Assembly (NCBI GenBank): GCA_002305165.1 | Contig: DBQI01000065.1 | Location: forward strand, 16,794-80,793 | DNA: 64,000 nt | Reading direction: 5' to 3' | Origin: Armatimonadetes bacterium UBA1398 | GTDB lineage: Bacteria; Armatimonadota; Zipacnadia; UBA1398 | Shown here: piece after piece, positions 27,382 to 37,293 of the stretch | How positions within the stretch are numbered: the first letter of the stretch is position 1 | Layout of the letters: each line of letters starts with the position of its first letter | The notes under the pieces: model-generated | The model's input: the letters and a program-made list of their open reading frames with translations, nothing else | Told to the model about the DNA's origin: nothing | Database searches by the model: none | Position numbers and translations under genes: made by a program

Positions 27382-29253
27382 ATGAGTGAAGAGCGCGAAG
27401 TGCTCAAACGGGTAGCGGATGGGCGCAGCGACCCGGGCATCCTGGCCCGAGAGGCTGGCCGTGCGGACGAGGACTCCCTGTGCATCCGGGAGTTCGACGG
27501 AGACCGAGGCGCCCTCTATGCGGTCGCCGACGGGCTGAGCGGCAGGAACGCCGGCAGCGTCGCTAGCGCCCAGGCGGTTGGCCTGCTCGAGGAGGCTTTG
27601 GAGGCGTACGCCCGCCACGGCGAGGCGCTCCTCCAGCAGCTCGGTCCGGCCCTCCCCGACCTCAGGGCCTACATCGACTACGTCGCCGTGCGGATCGACG
27701 CCCAGTTGCGCGCCAACGCCGAGGCGAATCCCAGCCTGGCGGGGATGGCGACGAGCCTTACGGCGGCCTACGTGGATGGCCGGGACCTCCTCATCGCCCA
27801 TGTCGGCGACTCCCGCGCCTACCGCGCCCGCGCCACGGAGTCTGGGCTGCAGCAGCTCACCATCGACGATGCCCCCGTGGATGACGAGGAGTTCGATCCC
27901 CCTCCCTCCAAGGCCCTGGGCGACGCCGACGAGCAGCCACTGCGCATCGATCAGTACCGCGCGGAGGATGGAGACATCCTCCTGCTTTGCACTGACGGGC
28001 TGTGGCGCGAGGTCGACTGTGCGCTCATGGAACGCATCCTGAAGGGGTCCCCGCGCCCCTCGATGGCCGTCGAGAGGCTCATCCGCGCGGGGAACCAGGC
28101 TGGCGGACGTGGCAACATGGCCGCCGTCGTCGTTCACATCGGCGAGGTTGACCTGACCGACGACGAGGCCCTGGATTCGGCCTTCCCCGTCGGCGGCGCC
28201 GCCCCCAAGCAGGCTCCCGTGGAGCCCCCCGCAGAGACGCAACCAGAGCCCGAGCCCGAACCGCCGGTGGAGGAGCCTGCCGCCGAGGCCCCCGAGAACA
28301 CGCCCCCCCCGGAGGAGCCGGCCATTGAGGAGCCGGCCCCCGAGGCTACCGAGGAGGCCCCGAGGGAGGAGCCGGGACCGGTCATACCGGGTCCGCCAGC
28401 AGGTGGCTATGCGGCCGTCCCCGAGGTCGTGGGCCGGGCAACCTACCCGCGCCCCGCGGAGATACCCGACGACGCCCTGCGTCCCCGGCGCGAGACGGCG
28501 GCGGGCGAGGCTAGGTCCAGCGACTCGGCCCTGTTCCTCCTGGGGCTTGTGTCGGGCATCGCCTTCATGCTCGTCATCGGCGGCATTTTCTGGGGCCTTA
28601 AGGCGTGGGCCGGGAAGCCCACCGAAGCGCCGCGAGCCACTGCCACGAGCACCGATCACGTCGACTATGAGGAGATTGTGACCCATCCCGTCAGCTTCTG
28701 GGCCAAGCCTCTGGGGCCGGGGGGGCGGCCGTGCATGATCCTCACCAAGAGTCTCCACGAGGAGACGGGCGAGGAGTCGTGGGAGGAACTGCCTCGCCTT
28801 CAGGGCAATGAGAGCGGCCCATCGGGCTCTGTCAGCCTCTTCCGCCAGGGCGACGCGCTTCACATGTTCCTGGATGTGCAGTTCATCGCGTCCGAGGCCG
28901 GCCTGCCACGCGACTGCCTGCTCTCCCTCAAGGTCATGCCCGACGAGGGCAACCGGACCCAGACCGTCATCACCGCGGGCCCTGACGCCGGCGAGCAGCG
29001 GGACGGGCACATCGAGGTCATCAGCATCCGCCCCGGGAGCGTGAGCCTGGTACCACAGGATCCCGACGAGCGGCTGATCGCGGGCGGCAAGGCCGAGGCG
29101 ACGATGGGCGGCCAAGTCAACGCGTCGGGCTATTACGTGCAGCACTTCGACAAGGTGCCCTTGGGCACGTACCTCGCCAAGAAGGGCAGCAGCGAGCGGA
29201 TCGTCGAGATCACGGCCGCCAAGCGACGGGTGACAGTCACCTTCACCGAGTGA
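27382..29253 (+). CDS. membrane-anchored PP2C-family Ser/Thr protein phosphatase with extracytoplasmic C-terminal domain
   Basis: Start at ATG 27382 (internal to track ORF 27310..29253). PP2C motifs LYAVADGLSG, GMATSLTAAYV, AHVGDSRAY, LLLCTDGLW; Pro/Glu-rich linker; TM helix LFLLGLVSGIAFMLVIGGIFWGL. Confidence 0.75.
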   Translation: MSEEREVLKRVADGRSDPGILAREAGRADEDSLCIREFDGDRGALYAVADGLSGRNAGSVASAQAVGLLEEALEAYARHGEALLQQLGPALPDLRAYIDYVAVRIDAQLRANAEANPSLAGMATSLTAAYVDGRDLLIAHVGDSRAYRARATESGLQQLTIDDAPVDDEEFDPPPSKALGDADEQPLRIDQYRAEDGDILLLCTDGLWREVDCALMERILKGSPRPSMAVERLIRAGNQAGGRGNMAAVVVHIGEVDLTDDEALDSAFPVGGAAPKQAPVEPPAETQPEPEPEPPVEEPAAEAPENTPPPEEPAIEEPAPEATEEAPREEPGPVIPGPPAGGYAAVPEVVGRATYPRPAEIPDDALRPRRETAAGEARSSDSALFLLGLVSGIAFMLVIGGIFWGLKAWAGKPTEAPRATATSTDHVDYEEIVTHPVSFWAKPLGPGGRPCMILTKSLHEETGEESWEELPRLQGNESGPSGSVSLFRQGDALHMFLDVQFIASEAGLPRDCLLSLKVMPDEGNRTQTVITAGPDAGEQRDGHIEVISIRPGSVSLVPQDPDERLIAGGKAEATMGGQVNASGYYVQHFDKVPLGTYLAKKGSSERIVEITAAKRRVTVTFTE

Positions 29254-30556
29254 CGAGCCAGCCGTCGCCGGATTCCGGCGCCGCCAGTCGCCCCAAGCGC
29301 TCCAGGGGCGGCATGGCGGCGAGGGCCGACAGGGCCCCATCGATGCCAACCCGAGGCGCCAGCGCGTCGGTGGCCTGCCGGCTCATCCAGACACGGTGGA
29401 ACAGCGTGTAGCAGCCCTCGGCGTGGAACTCGCCGAGCGGCCAGACGCCACGGGCCGCGATGACCCTGCCGCCGCCCACGTCCAGGGCGTAGAAGATGAG
29501 CTCATCGTCGCTGAAACCGGCGCTGAAAGCGCTTCCATAGGGGTTGGAGGCGGCGAGAACCACCTCCGCCCCGGAGTCCTCGATCCGGCTCCGCACCTCG
29601 TCCTCCAGGGCCCCGGCGCCCGGGGCAGCCCGCTCAGGCGGTGGGCCGACGAAGACGCGGATCGCCTCACTGAGCGCCCCATCCGCGCCGCTACCGCCAG
29701 GCCCGCGCAGGATCAGATACCCATCCTGGCGCTGACCGGCGGCGTCCCGCACCACCTCAGCCGTCCAGTCGGCGGGCATCCACAGCGTCACCTGCGCCCC
29801 CGGCACCCCAGCCGGTCGCCAAGCGGCCGAGGACCCGGTAGGCTCTCGGCCCCCCAGGGCGACCTGGAGCGGCAGTTCGAGGTCGAGGAGGCCGGCGGCC
29901 TGGCGTGCCGCAGCGGCCCACGGCGGGTCCGCCGGGCCATTCGGCGAGTCGAACTGGCCTGCCACGGTGGCAGCGAGTCGGGCGCTACGGGCGAGCAGAC
30001 GCTCGCCGTCCGGCATCTCGAGGATGCGCCGCCCAGCCACCATAAGGCGCTCGGGGCTCACGGGCTCCTCCAGAGCGATGGACACCCCGAAACCGGCCGC
30101 CTGGAGCCGCGCCGCCGCCCAGAGCAGATCGAGCACTCGGCGGCCGGTGATGGGCTCATCGCCGGGGAGGTCCAGAGGTTCCAGGCAGGCGCGGAAGCTC
30201 CGCAGCCACGCCCCCAGCGGTCCTGGGTCGCGTTCGCCGGAGGTCTCCAGGGCCTGCCGCACGGTGTCCTGGGCGCCGGCCGAGTCGGCGGAGCCGCTGC
30301 CGGCGAGGCGCTGCACCGAGTCCACAAGCGCCGCAAGGTCATTCCGGGACTCCGGCCGCCGGTTCCACTCGTCGTCGACGGCGAGCCGCAGGCTCTGCAT
30401 CTCACGCGGCCCAAGGCGCTCGCCGTAGGCGAACTGCACCAGGGAGGCCACCGCCGGCGCGATGCCCTCGGGCGGCCCCTGCGCCTCGACGGTCTGGATA
30501 AGGGCCATCAGCAGGGCCCCGAGGGTGGCCGAGCGGCGGATGGCACGCGCCGTCAC
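29243..30556 (-). CDS. hypothetical secreted protein
   Basis: 437 aa with signal peptide MTARAIRRSATLGALLMALIQTVEAQG; preferred over antisense ORF 29396..30739 on composition; 3' end overlaps the PP2C 3' end by 11 nt. Confidence 0.4.
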   Translation of the reverse strand: MTARAIRRSATLGALLMALIQTVEAQGPPEGIAPAVASLVQFAYGERLGPREMQSLRLAVDDEWNRRPESRNDLAALVDSVQRLAGSGSADSAGAQDTVRQALETSGERDPGPLGAWLRSFRACLEPLDLPGDEPITGRRVLDLLWAAARLQAAGFGVSIALEEPVSPERLMVAGRRILEMPDGERLLARSARLAATVAGQFDSPNGPADPPWAAAARQAAGLLDLELPLQVALGGREPTGSSAAWRPAGVPGAQVTLWMPADWTAEVVRDAAGQRQDGYLILRGPGGSGADGALSEAIRVFVGPPPERAAPGAGALEDEVRSRIEDSGAEVVLAASNPYGSAFSAGFSDDELIFYALDVGGGRVIAARGVWPLGEFHAEGCYTLFHRVWMSRQATDALAPRVGIDGALSALAAMPPLERLGRLAAPESGDGWLVTR

Positions 30557-30999
30557 GGCCTGGGCAACCTTCCGAAGGCCCGCAGGATGGTCGCATGGAG
30601 CCGGTGGACCCCCAGGGCGCCAGGCATCGTGAGCAGGGGGCAGCGTTCCTCGATGACCTCCAGGCCGCGCTCCCGGGCCAGCCGCGCCGCCGCGCCGCTG
30701 TCGCCCCGCGTGTCGATCCAGACGCGCTTCACGCCATGATCGGCGAGGTCGGCGATCGCCGCCTCCGCCGACGCCGGCTCGATGACGAGCAGCGCGGCTT
30801 CGGGCGTGGAGTCCAGGGCGTCGAGGGACACAGCCACCGGCTCTCCCTTGAGCGTGCCGCCGCGCGTGTCGACGACGTGGACGGTCTTGCCCTGACTGCG
30901 CAGGGTCCGCACAAACTCGGGGATCAACCAGCGTCCCTTGGCCAGCGCGCCGTACACGACGAACTCGCGAACATCCCAGAAGCTGTACTCCAGGGGCAT
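30553..30999 (-). CDS. CoA-binding domain protein (YccU-like)
   Basis: 148 aa; layout FVVYGAL...KGRW...GKTVHVVDTRG...VKRVWIDTRGDSGAAARLARERGLEVIEERCPL matches small CoA-binding Rossmann proteins. Confidence 0.55.
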   Translation of the reverse strand: MPLEYSFWDVREFVVYGALAKGRWLIPEFVRTLRSQGKTVHVVDTRGGTLKGEPVAVSLDALDSTPEAALLVIEPASAEAAIADLADHGVKRVWIDTRGDSGAAARLARERGLEVIEERCPLLTMPGALGVHRLHATILRAFGRLPRP

Positions 31000-31020
31000 C
31001 GGCGGCCTCCCCGGTCGACG

Positions 31021-31644
31021 TTAGCTGGCCGGAGTGCCCGCCCAGAGCGCGCCACGCTGGAGCATGGACGCGAAGACCTCGTGCCGGCAGGCCTTGGCGT
31101 CGTGGCCCAGGGCGAGGTAGAAGACGCGGCCCTGGCCCCAGCTCTTCGTCCAGGCGACGGGCATGGCCCCGCCCTTCCAGAGGGCGGAGGCGACGACGTG
31201 GACGCGCGGGTCGTAGTCGGTGATGTACTGCTCATCCTCGACCACGAACTCCTCGAGGCCCTTGGTGATGGGGTGCTCGGGGTCGGTCACGCTGACCTGG
31301 TACTGGCGGTAGGCCGGGTGGGTGATGAAGTAGCCGCCGACCATGGCTTGGTACTCCGGGCAGCCACGGAAGGAGTCGGCGGCCGAGTGGATGCCCACAT
31401 AGCCCTTGCCCCGGGCGAGCCACTCCAGGAGGCCGTTCTTCTGGGCCGTGGAGATCTCGCCGACGGTGTAGTAGAAGACGATCAGCTCGTAGGGGTCCAA
31501 GCCCGATTCGAGGACAGTGAGGTCTTCGTTGACCCGGGTGATGTCGAAGGCGCTGTCGGCACGGAGGATCTTCTCGATCTCGGCGCCACAGCCTTTCCAG
31601 TCGTGTATCTCTCCGCCGGTGAATAGAAGGGTCTTGATGGCCAC
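31021..31644 (-). CDS. ThuA-like (trehalose-utilisation, class I glutamine amidotransferase-like) protein
   Basis: Start at GTG 31644 (CTGGAGG RBS) inside track ORF 31021..31851, giving VAIKTLLFTGGEIHDWKGCG; upstream 69 codons are Arg-rich and unlikely coding. Confidence 0.55.
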   Translation of the reverse strand: MAIKTLLFTGGEIHDWKGCGAEIEKILRADSAFDITRVNEDLTVLESGLDPYELIVFYYTVGEISTAQKNGLLEWLARGKGYVGIHSAADSFRGCPEYQAMVGGYFITHPAYRQYQVSVTDPEHPITKGLEEFVVEDEQYITDYDPRVHVVASALWKGGAMPVAWTKSWGQGRVFYLALGHDAKACRHEVFASMLQRGALWAGTPAS

Positions 31645-31831
31645 GGTGGGCGCCTCCAGGGGGTGAGTTGGGAGTGACGCCGACGGCCGCGCACCCCGTC
31701 GACACAGGAGCCTTCGTCGGGGAGCGCCCCGCCACCTGCCGCGGATTGGCCGCCCACGGCCTCTCCTCGTACACAGAGAAGGCGCGCTCATGGGAGCGCG
31801 CCCCACGGCCCTGGGCGGTTGCCCTGCGAGG

Positions 31832-31993
31832 TTACGGAGCGGCGACAACACCGGTCGTGTTGTCGTATATCCAGTCCTCGTTCGTCACCCGCACTCCGCA
31901 CCCGAACCCAGCGGGGGGGGGGGCGAGCATGGCAATGACGACGATCATGATCTCGATGAGCGTGACCCCCTGGTGCCTCGGCGCTGCTCTCAC
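31832..31993 (-). CDS. short prepilin-like peptide (N-terminal methylation-motif helix only)
   Basis: Hand translation: GTG 31993 with GGAGGG RBS, 53 codons, QGVTLIEIMIVVIAMLAPPPAGFGCG...; below the ORF-track length cutoff; contains a C11 tract. Confidence 0.35.
   Translation of the reverse strand: MRAAPRHQGVTLIEIMIVVIAMLAPPPAGFGCGVRVTNEDWIYDNTTGVVAAP
31913..31923. repeat. G11 homopolymer (C11 on coding strand) inside the short pilin-like ORF
   Basis: Eleven consecutive G read directly in the plus strand; encodes PPP in the minus-strand ORF. Confidence 0.8.
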
Positions 31994-32031
31994 TGCTGTC
32001 CCTCCCTCACCAGAGGGCAGCGTATCCCGGG

Positions 32032-32451
32032 CTACGGCGCTGTGTGCTTCGACCAGAGAGCATCAGTGCGGTCAGCGTCTACAACGTGGTTCTCGCAGTA
32101 GGCTTCTCCCGCATGATCGCTCGTATCATCGTCCTCGATCACGTAGGTGGCTTGGCACCAGGGACACAGCGGCGTCTTGGTGCGGCCGAGGGAGGGCTTC
32201 TTGTGGTTGTCAGCAGTGTCAGTATCGGCAGCTATCACATCGTCGACGGACGTCGGCCACTTCCCCGTGTCGTTGTGGTACTTGACCGCGGCATACGTGA
32301 TCGCGGACGTATCAGTGACGTAGCGCGTGTGCTTCGCCCGGTCGCTCGCGTTACGGACGGCGAGGCCGACGATCAGGGCCAGAATCGCGACGATCAGGAC
32401 TATGATCATCATCTCAATGAGCGTGAAGCCTCTGCGATTGCTCTTCCTCAC
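32032..32451 (-). CDS. type IV pilin-like / pseudopilin (prepilin-type N-terminal cleavage/methylation domain)
   Basis: GTG start with GAGGAGG RBS; N-terminus RKSNRRGFTLIEMMIIVLIVAILALI; C-terminal domain with Cys pair. Confidence 0.7.
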   Translation of the reverse strand: MRKSNRRGFTLIEMMIIVLIVAILALIVGLAVRNASDRAKHTRYVTDTSAITYAAVKYHNDTGKWPTSVDDVIAADTDTADNHKKPSLGRTKTPLCPWCQATYVIEDDDTSDHAGEAYCENHVVDADRTDALWSKHTAP

Positions 32452-32621
32452 TTCCGGTACCTCCTCTTTCCCTCCCTACTCCCCATACGGCGTGTCAACT
32501 CTGTTCCCTACTCTCTATCGGTCCCCGGCTTCGAGGGTCCTATGCCACACCCCGGCATCGATCTCTCACGGCAAACGTATGAGTACGGTTCCTACGCGAT
32601 TTCTGTTTCGGGCGCTCGGCG

Positions 32622-33485
32622 CTAGGGCATACGGTCGCGCGCCTTGTCGATCTCGCCTTCCTGGTAGTCGCCGGCCTGCCGGTCCGTCTCCGGCCAGGCC
32701 GTCACGAAGAAGGCAATGCCGGGATAGAGGGCGTCGTAGTCACCCTTGAGGATCTTCGCGCGGGCTCCCAGAGTCGATGCCTCGGTGACCTCCAAGTCCG
32801 CGACCCACTCGCTGTTGTCCCACACCGCGAGGCGCGTGCCCACGCGCAGGCCCTCATCCGACCCCACGTTGAGCCGGATGCGGTCCTTGTCGAAGGGGAT
32901 GGAGATAGTGCCGCGCACCGTGAGGGCCGTCGTGAGGCGCTGTACGGCGGCGTAGGCCGCTTCGTGGATCGCCTTCTCCACCAAGCCCCGCTCCCCGAGG
33001 GCCTCGCCGTTCTGGTCCGCCCGACCGCGGACCTGGAAGGTCGTCACATCCATGCGCGCTCGGCGGTCCAGCATCCGCATCCTGAGCGCGCAGACGCCCT
33101 GGTCCGTGTGGTCGATGTAGAGCAGCCCGGCGATGCGCACGGACACGGCGAGGTCCGCGCCCACGGCCTCAGCGATGGCGTGCAGCTGCTCCGCCTCGAA
33201 GGGCGGCATCAGGCCGAGGGCATCCACCGCCTCCACGACAGCCTCGGGGCTGACGATCTGAATGGACCCCACATCGGCCATGGCGTCGAGCAGCCCCACG
33301 GCCGCGGCGGTCGCCATCCCGCCCTGGGAGTAGTGGGAGCCATCCGTCACGTCCACCAGGGCGACCCGGGTGGTGGGGATCGGGGCCGCCACGCGCTCGA
33401 TCTCGTCCGCCAAGGCGGGGTAGCTCAGGACCGCGGCCAGCAGAGCGAGGCCCAACAGCGGCAGCCAGGCGTGGCGCCTGGGCAT
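32622..33485 (-). CDS. hypothetical secreted protein
   Basis: Start at internal ATG giving signal peptide MPRRHAWLPLLGLALLAAVLSYPALA; no recognisable catalytic motif. Confidence 0.4.
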   Translation of the reverse strand: MPRRHAWLPLLGLALLAAVLSYPALADEIERVAAPIPTTRVALVDVTDGSHYSQGGMATAAAVGLLDAMADVGSIQIVSPEAVVEAVDALGLMPPFEAEQLHAIAEAVGADLAVSVRIAGLLYIDHTDQGVCALRMRMLDRRARMDVTTFQVRGRADQNGEALGERGLVEKAIHEAAYAAVQRLTTALTVRGTISIPFDKDRIRLNVGSDEGLRVGTRLAVWDNSEWVADLEVTEASTLGARAKILKGDYDALYPGIAFFVTAWPETDRQAGDYQEGEIDKARDRMP

Positions 33486-33727
33486 GGAAGTCGTCGGTTC
33501 AAGCGCTTTCATCGCTAGATCTCCTCCATCACACTTGCGTCATGTGTCGACGCCCGAGGGCGCGAGAGAGAGTCGTACAGACGGATGGAGTGGCTCTCTG
33601 ACCGAGCCACCGATTCACCAACGCTCCCCATATAGCTAGAGTTTACTCTGCGAGGGCCCGAAATGGGTTTGTTTCGAAGGATTTGCCATCTGAAGGCCTC
33701 GCCCGCCGCCGGGAGAACACCCAGCAC

Positions 33728-34210
33728 GTGGACAGAGAGCCCCCCTCGGATCTTACCCTCCGCTGCGCGAGCCCGGAGGACACGCGTCGCTTGGCCGCTC
33801 GCCTCGCACCCGCCCTGGCGGGGGGCGAGTGGCTGCTCCTGCGGGGCCCCCTCGGGGCGGGCAAGACGACCTTCGTGCGCGGCCTCGCCGCCGCCCTAGG
33901 TTGGGAGGGCACGGTGCGCAGCCCCACTTTCAACCTCGTGGCCGCCTACCCCACCCGCCCGCGCCTCATCCATGTGGACCTCTACCGCCTGGAGCAGCCC
34001 GCGGCCGTAGAGGACCTGGGCATCGACGACCTTGCCGGAGAGGAACCCGCCGTCGTGGCCGTGGAGTGGCCGGATCTGCTCACCGACCGCCCCTCGCGAG
34101 AGCCGGTATTGCGGATTGACATCGAGCCTTCTGGCGATCTGCGGCTCATCACCCTTCACCCACTCACCCCGCCCGCCGCCCGGCTCCTCGAGGCGGTGAG
34201 AGAGGGGTGA
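33728..34210 (+). CDS. tsaE: tRNA threonylcarbamoyladenosine biosynthesis ATPase TsaE
   Basis: P-loop LLRGPLGAGKTTFVRGLA followed by SPTFNLV and HVDLYRL; start tentatively at GTG 33728; stop overlaps tsaB start (GTGA). Confidence 0.7.
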   Translation: MDREPPSDLTLRCASPEDTRRLAARLAPALAGGEWLLLRGPLGAGKTTFVRGLAAALGWEGTVRSPTFNLVAAYPTRPRLIHVDLYRLEQPAAVEDLGIDDLAGEEPAVVAVEWPDLLTDRPSREPVLRIDIEPSGDLRLITLHPLTPPAARLLEAVREG

Positions 34211-35402
34211 TCCTGGCCCTGAGCACCACGACGGAGGTCGCGTCCATCGCCCTGGCAACGGGCGACCGGATCGTGCAGACGCGGTTCGAGAGCCGCCGGG
34301 AGCTGGCTCGGACCCTCATGTCACGGATCGACCGCCTCTGCCTCGACGCCGGCGTTGGCCCGGGCAGCCTTACGGCCATCGCCGTGGACCGCGGCCCGGG
34401 GTCCTTCACGGGGGCGCGGATCGGTGTCGCCACCGCGCGCGCCCTCGCCTCGGCCCTCGGCCTGGCCATCCGGACCGAGACCTCGCTGGCGCTCCTGTGC
34501 CGGGCCGCGCGCCACACCGCGCCCAGTTGCGGCCCCCACCGGCTGGTGCTCGCGGCCGTGGAATCCAAGGCGGACGAGATGTTCGTCATGCCCTTCAGCT
34601 GGCTGGGGGCCGAGGCGTCCGCGCCCATCCCCCTCGCCTTCGAGGACGCGCCCGAGTTCGCGCGGCGACACGCGGGCGCCCTGCTCGTCGGCGCGCCGTG
34701 GCGCAACCCGGCCGTTCCCCGGTCGCTCACCAACTGGAGCGAGCCCGCGGGCCGGGACTGGGACTACCCCGATGCCGCCACCCTTGCCACCAGCGCGACG
34801 GGGGAGCTGCCGCCGGAGCGCGTGGAGCCCCTCTACGTTCGGGTCTCCCAGCCCCAGGCCGCCGAGGGCCAGGGGCCCCGCCGCTGGCGTCCGGGCGACG
34901 TGTTCGTCCGGCCCCTGCGCGGGGACGACGTGGAGGATATCGTCGCCATGGAGCGGCAGTGCTTCATCACCCCGTGGCCCCGGGGCGACCTGGTGGCCGA
35001 TATCCGCCGGCGCAGCGGGTCGTACTACATCATCGCCGAGGACTCGGACGGCTCGCCGGTGGGCTATGCCGTGGTCTGGTTCGTGTTCGACCGGGGGCAT
35101 GTCGCCTCCGTCGCAGTGCTCCCCGAGTGGCGGCGGAAGGGCGTGGCGAAGCGGCTCATGCTCGAGCTCTTCGCCGCCTGCGTCGCACGGGGGATGCGAA
35201 CGGTCAGCCTCGAGTACCGCGCCTCGAACCGCGCTGCCGCGCAGCTCTATGAGGAGCTGGGGTTCCAGGTGGACGGATACCGGCACAACTACTATACGGA
35301 CACGGGCGAGGACGCCGTGTCGATGATCCTGCCCGACCTCCTCGCGGCCGACGTGCGGCAGCGCCTCCGGAGGATCCGCATCACCCTGGAGGCGGGCCAC
35401 TG

Positions 35403-35403
<1 letters not shown>
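34207..35403 (+). CDS. tsaB: TsaB (YeaZ)-like domain fused to RimI-type GNAT N-acetyltransferase
   Basis: N-terminal MILALSTTTEVASIALA...GPGSFTGARIGVA (TsaB); C-terminal GNAT core with acetyl-CoA loop RRKGVAKRLM and YRASNRAAAQLYEELGF (RimI-like). Confidence 0.75.
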
Positions 35404-36419
<1,016 letters not shown>

Positions 36420-36495
36420 CCGGAGCGGCCCTCCTGACGGAGAGAGTATACTGGCCTCTTATCCCCGGGATGGGCGGCCGGAGAGGATACCCACT

Positions 36496-37275
36496 GTGGC
36501 GAAGCTCAAGATCGGTGTCATGCTCGAGTCCTTCCGCAAGCCTCTGAGGGAGGCCCTCGACCTCGCCGTGGCCGTTGGCGCGTCGGGGTGCCAGATCTAC
36601 GTAACCTCGGGCAAGATGCACCCCGATGCTATGGGCCCCCGGCAGCGCGAGGAGTTTCGCGAGCTCGTGGTCTCGAAGGGGCTGGAGATCAGCGCCCTGT
36701 GTGGGGAGATGGGCGGGTACACCGACCCACGCCGCACCGAGGAGTTCGTGACCGCCACCAAGGCGTTCATGGATCTCGCCGTGGATCTCGGCCCCCGCAT
36801 CCTGACAGCGCACATCGGCGCGGTCGGCGACTCGCCCGCGAACCCGGCTTGGCGCGCCGTCGCCTCGGTCCTGGAGCAAGTCGGCCAGCATGGCGACGAG
36901 ATCGGATGCGTCTTCGCGTGTGAGACGGGCATGGAGGAGCCGGAGCTGCTTCGGGGCTTCATCGAGTCCCTGGACACCCATTCGATCCGTATCAACTACG
37001 ACCCCGCGAACCTGGTCATGGCGGGTTACGACCCCATCGGCGGCCTGAAGCACCTGGGCGACCTGGTGGTGCATACCCACGCCAAGGACGGCGTACGCGG
37101 CCCCGACGGCCGGGTCGAGGAGGTCGCTCTGGGCAAGGGGCAGGTGCCCTTCGCCGAGTACGTTGCCGGGCTGCGGGCCGTGGGCTATGACGGGTACTAC
37201 ACCATCGAGCGCGAGGTTGGCGATGACCCCATGGCGGACATCGAGATGGCCGCATCCTATCTGGCGAGCTTGTAG
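36496..37275 (+). CDS. sugar phosphate isomerase/epimerase (xylose isomerase-like TIM barrel)
   Basis: Start at GTG 36496 (GGAGAGG upstream) inside track ORF 36370..37275; TIM-barrel pattern with conserved His/Asp/Glu positions (HIGA, HTHAKDG, YTIERE). Confidence 0.6.
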   Translation: MAKLKIGVMLESFRKPLREALDLAVAVGASGCQIYVTSGKMHPDAMGPRQREEFRELVVSKGLEISALCGEMGGYTDPRRTEEFVTATKAFMDLAVDLGPRILTAHIGAVGDSPANPAWRAVASVLEQVGQHGDEIGCVFACETGMEEPELLRGFIESLDTHSIRINYDPANLVMAGYDPIGGLKHLGDLVVHTHAKDGVRGPDGRVEEVALGKGQVPFAEYVAGLRAVGYDGYYTIEREVGDDPMADIEMAASYLASL

Positions 37276-37293
37276 CCGCCGAGCCCCAGGGAA

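Noticed and set aside
27016-29349. 777-aa ORF on the minus strand
   Set aside because: Antisense to the well-supported PP2C phosphatase gene; Arg/Gly/Pro-rich composition with no recognisable domain, as expected for a shadow ORF in GC-rich DNA.
29396-30739. 447-aa plus-strand ORF competing with 29243..30556
   Set aside because: Extremely Arg/His/Pro-rich and lacks a plausible N-terminus, whereas the minus-strand product has a signal peptide and balanced composition. It would also overlap the CoA-binding gene.
34321-35400. 359-aa minus-strand ORF and several overlapping plus-strand ORFs over tsaB/rimI
   Set aside because: Shadow ORFs of the tsaB-rimI fusion gene, which carries recognisable TsaB and GNAT motifs and is translationally coupled to tsaE and tsaD.
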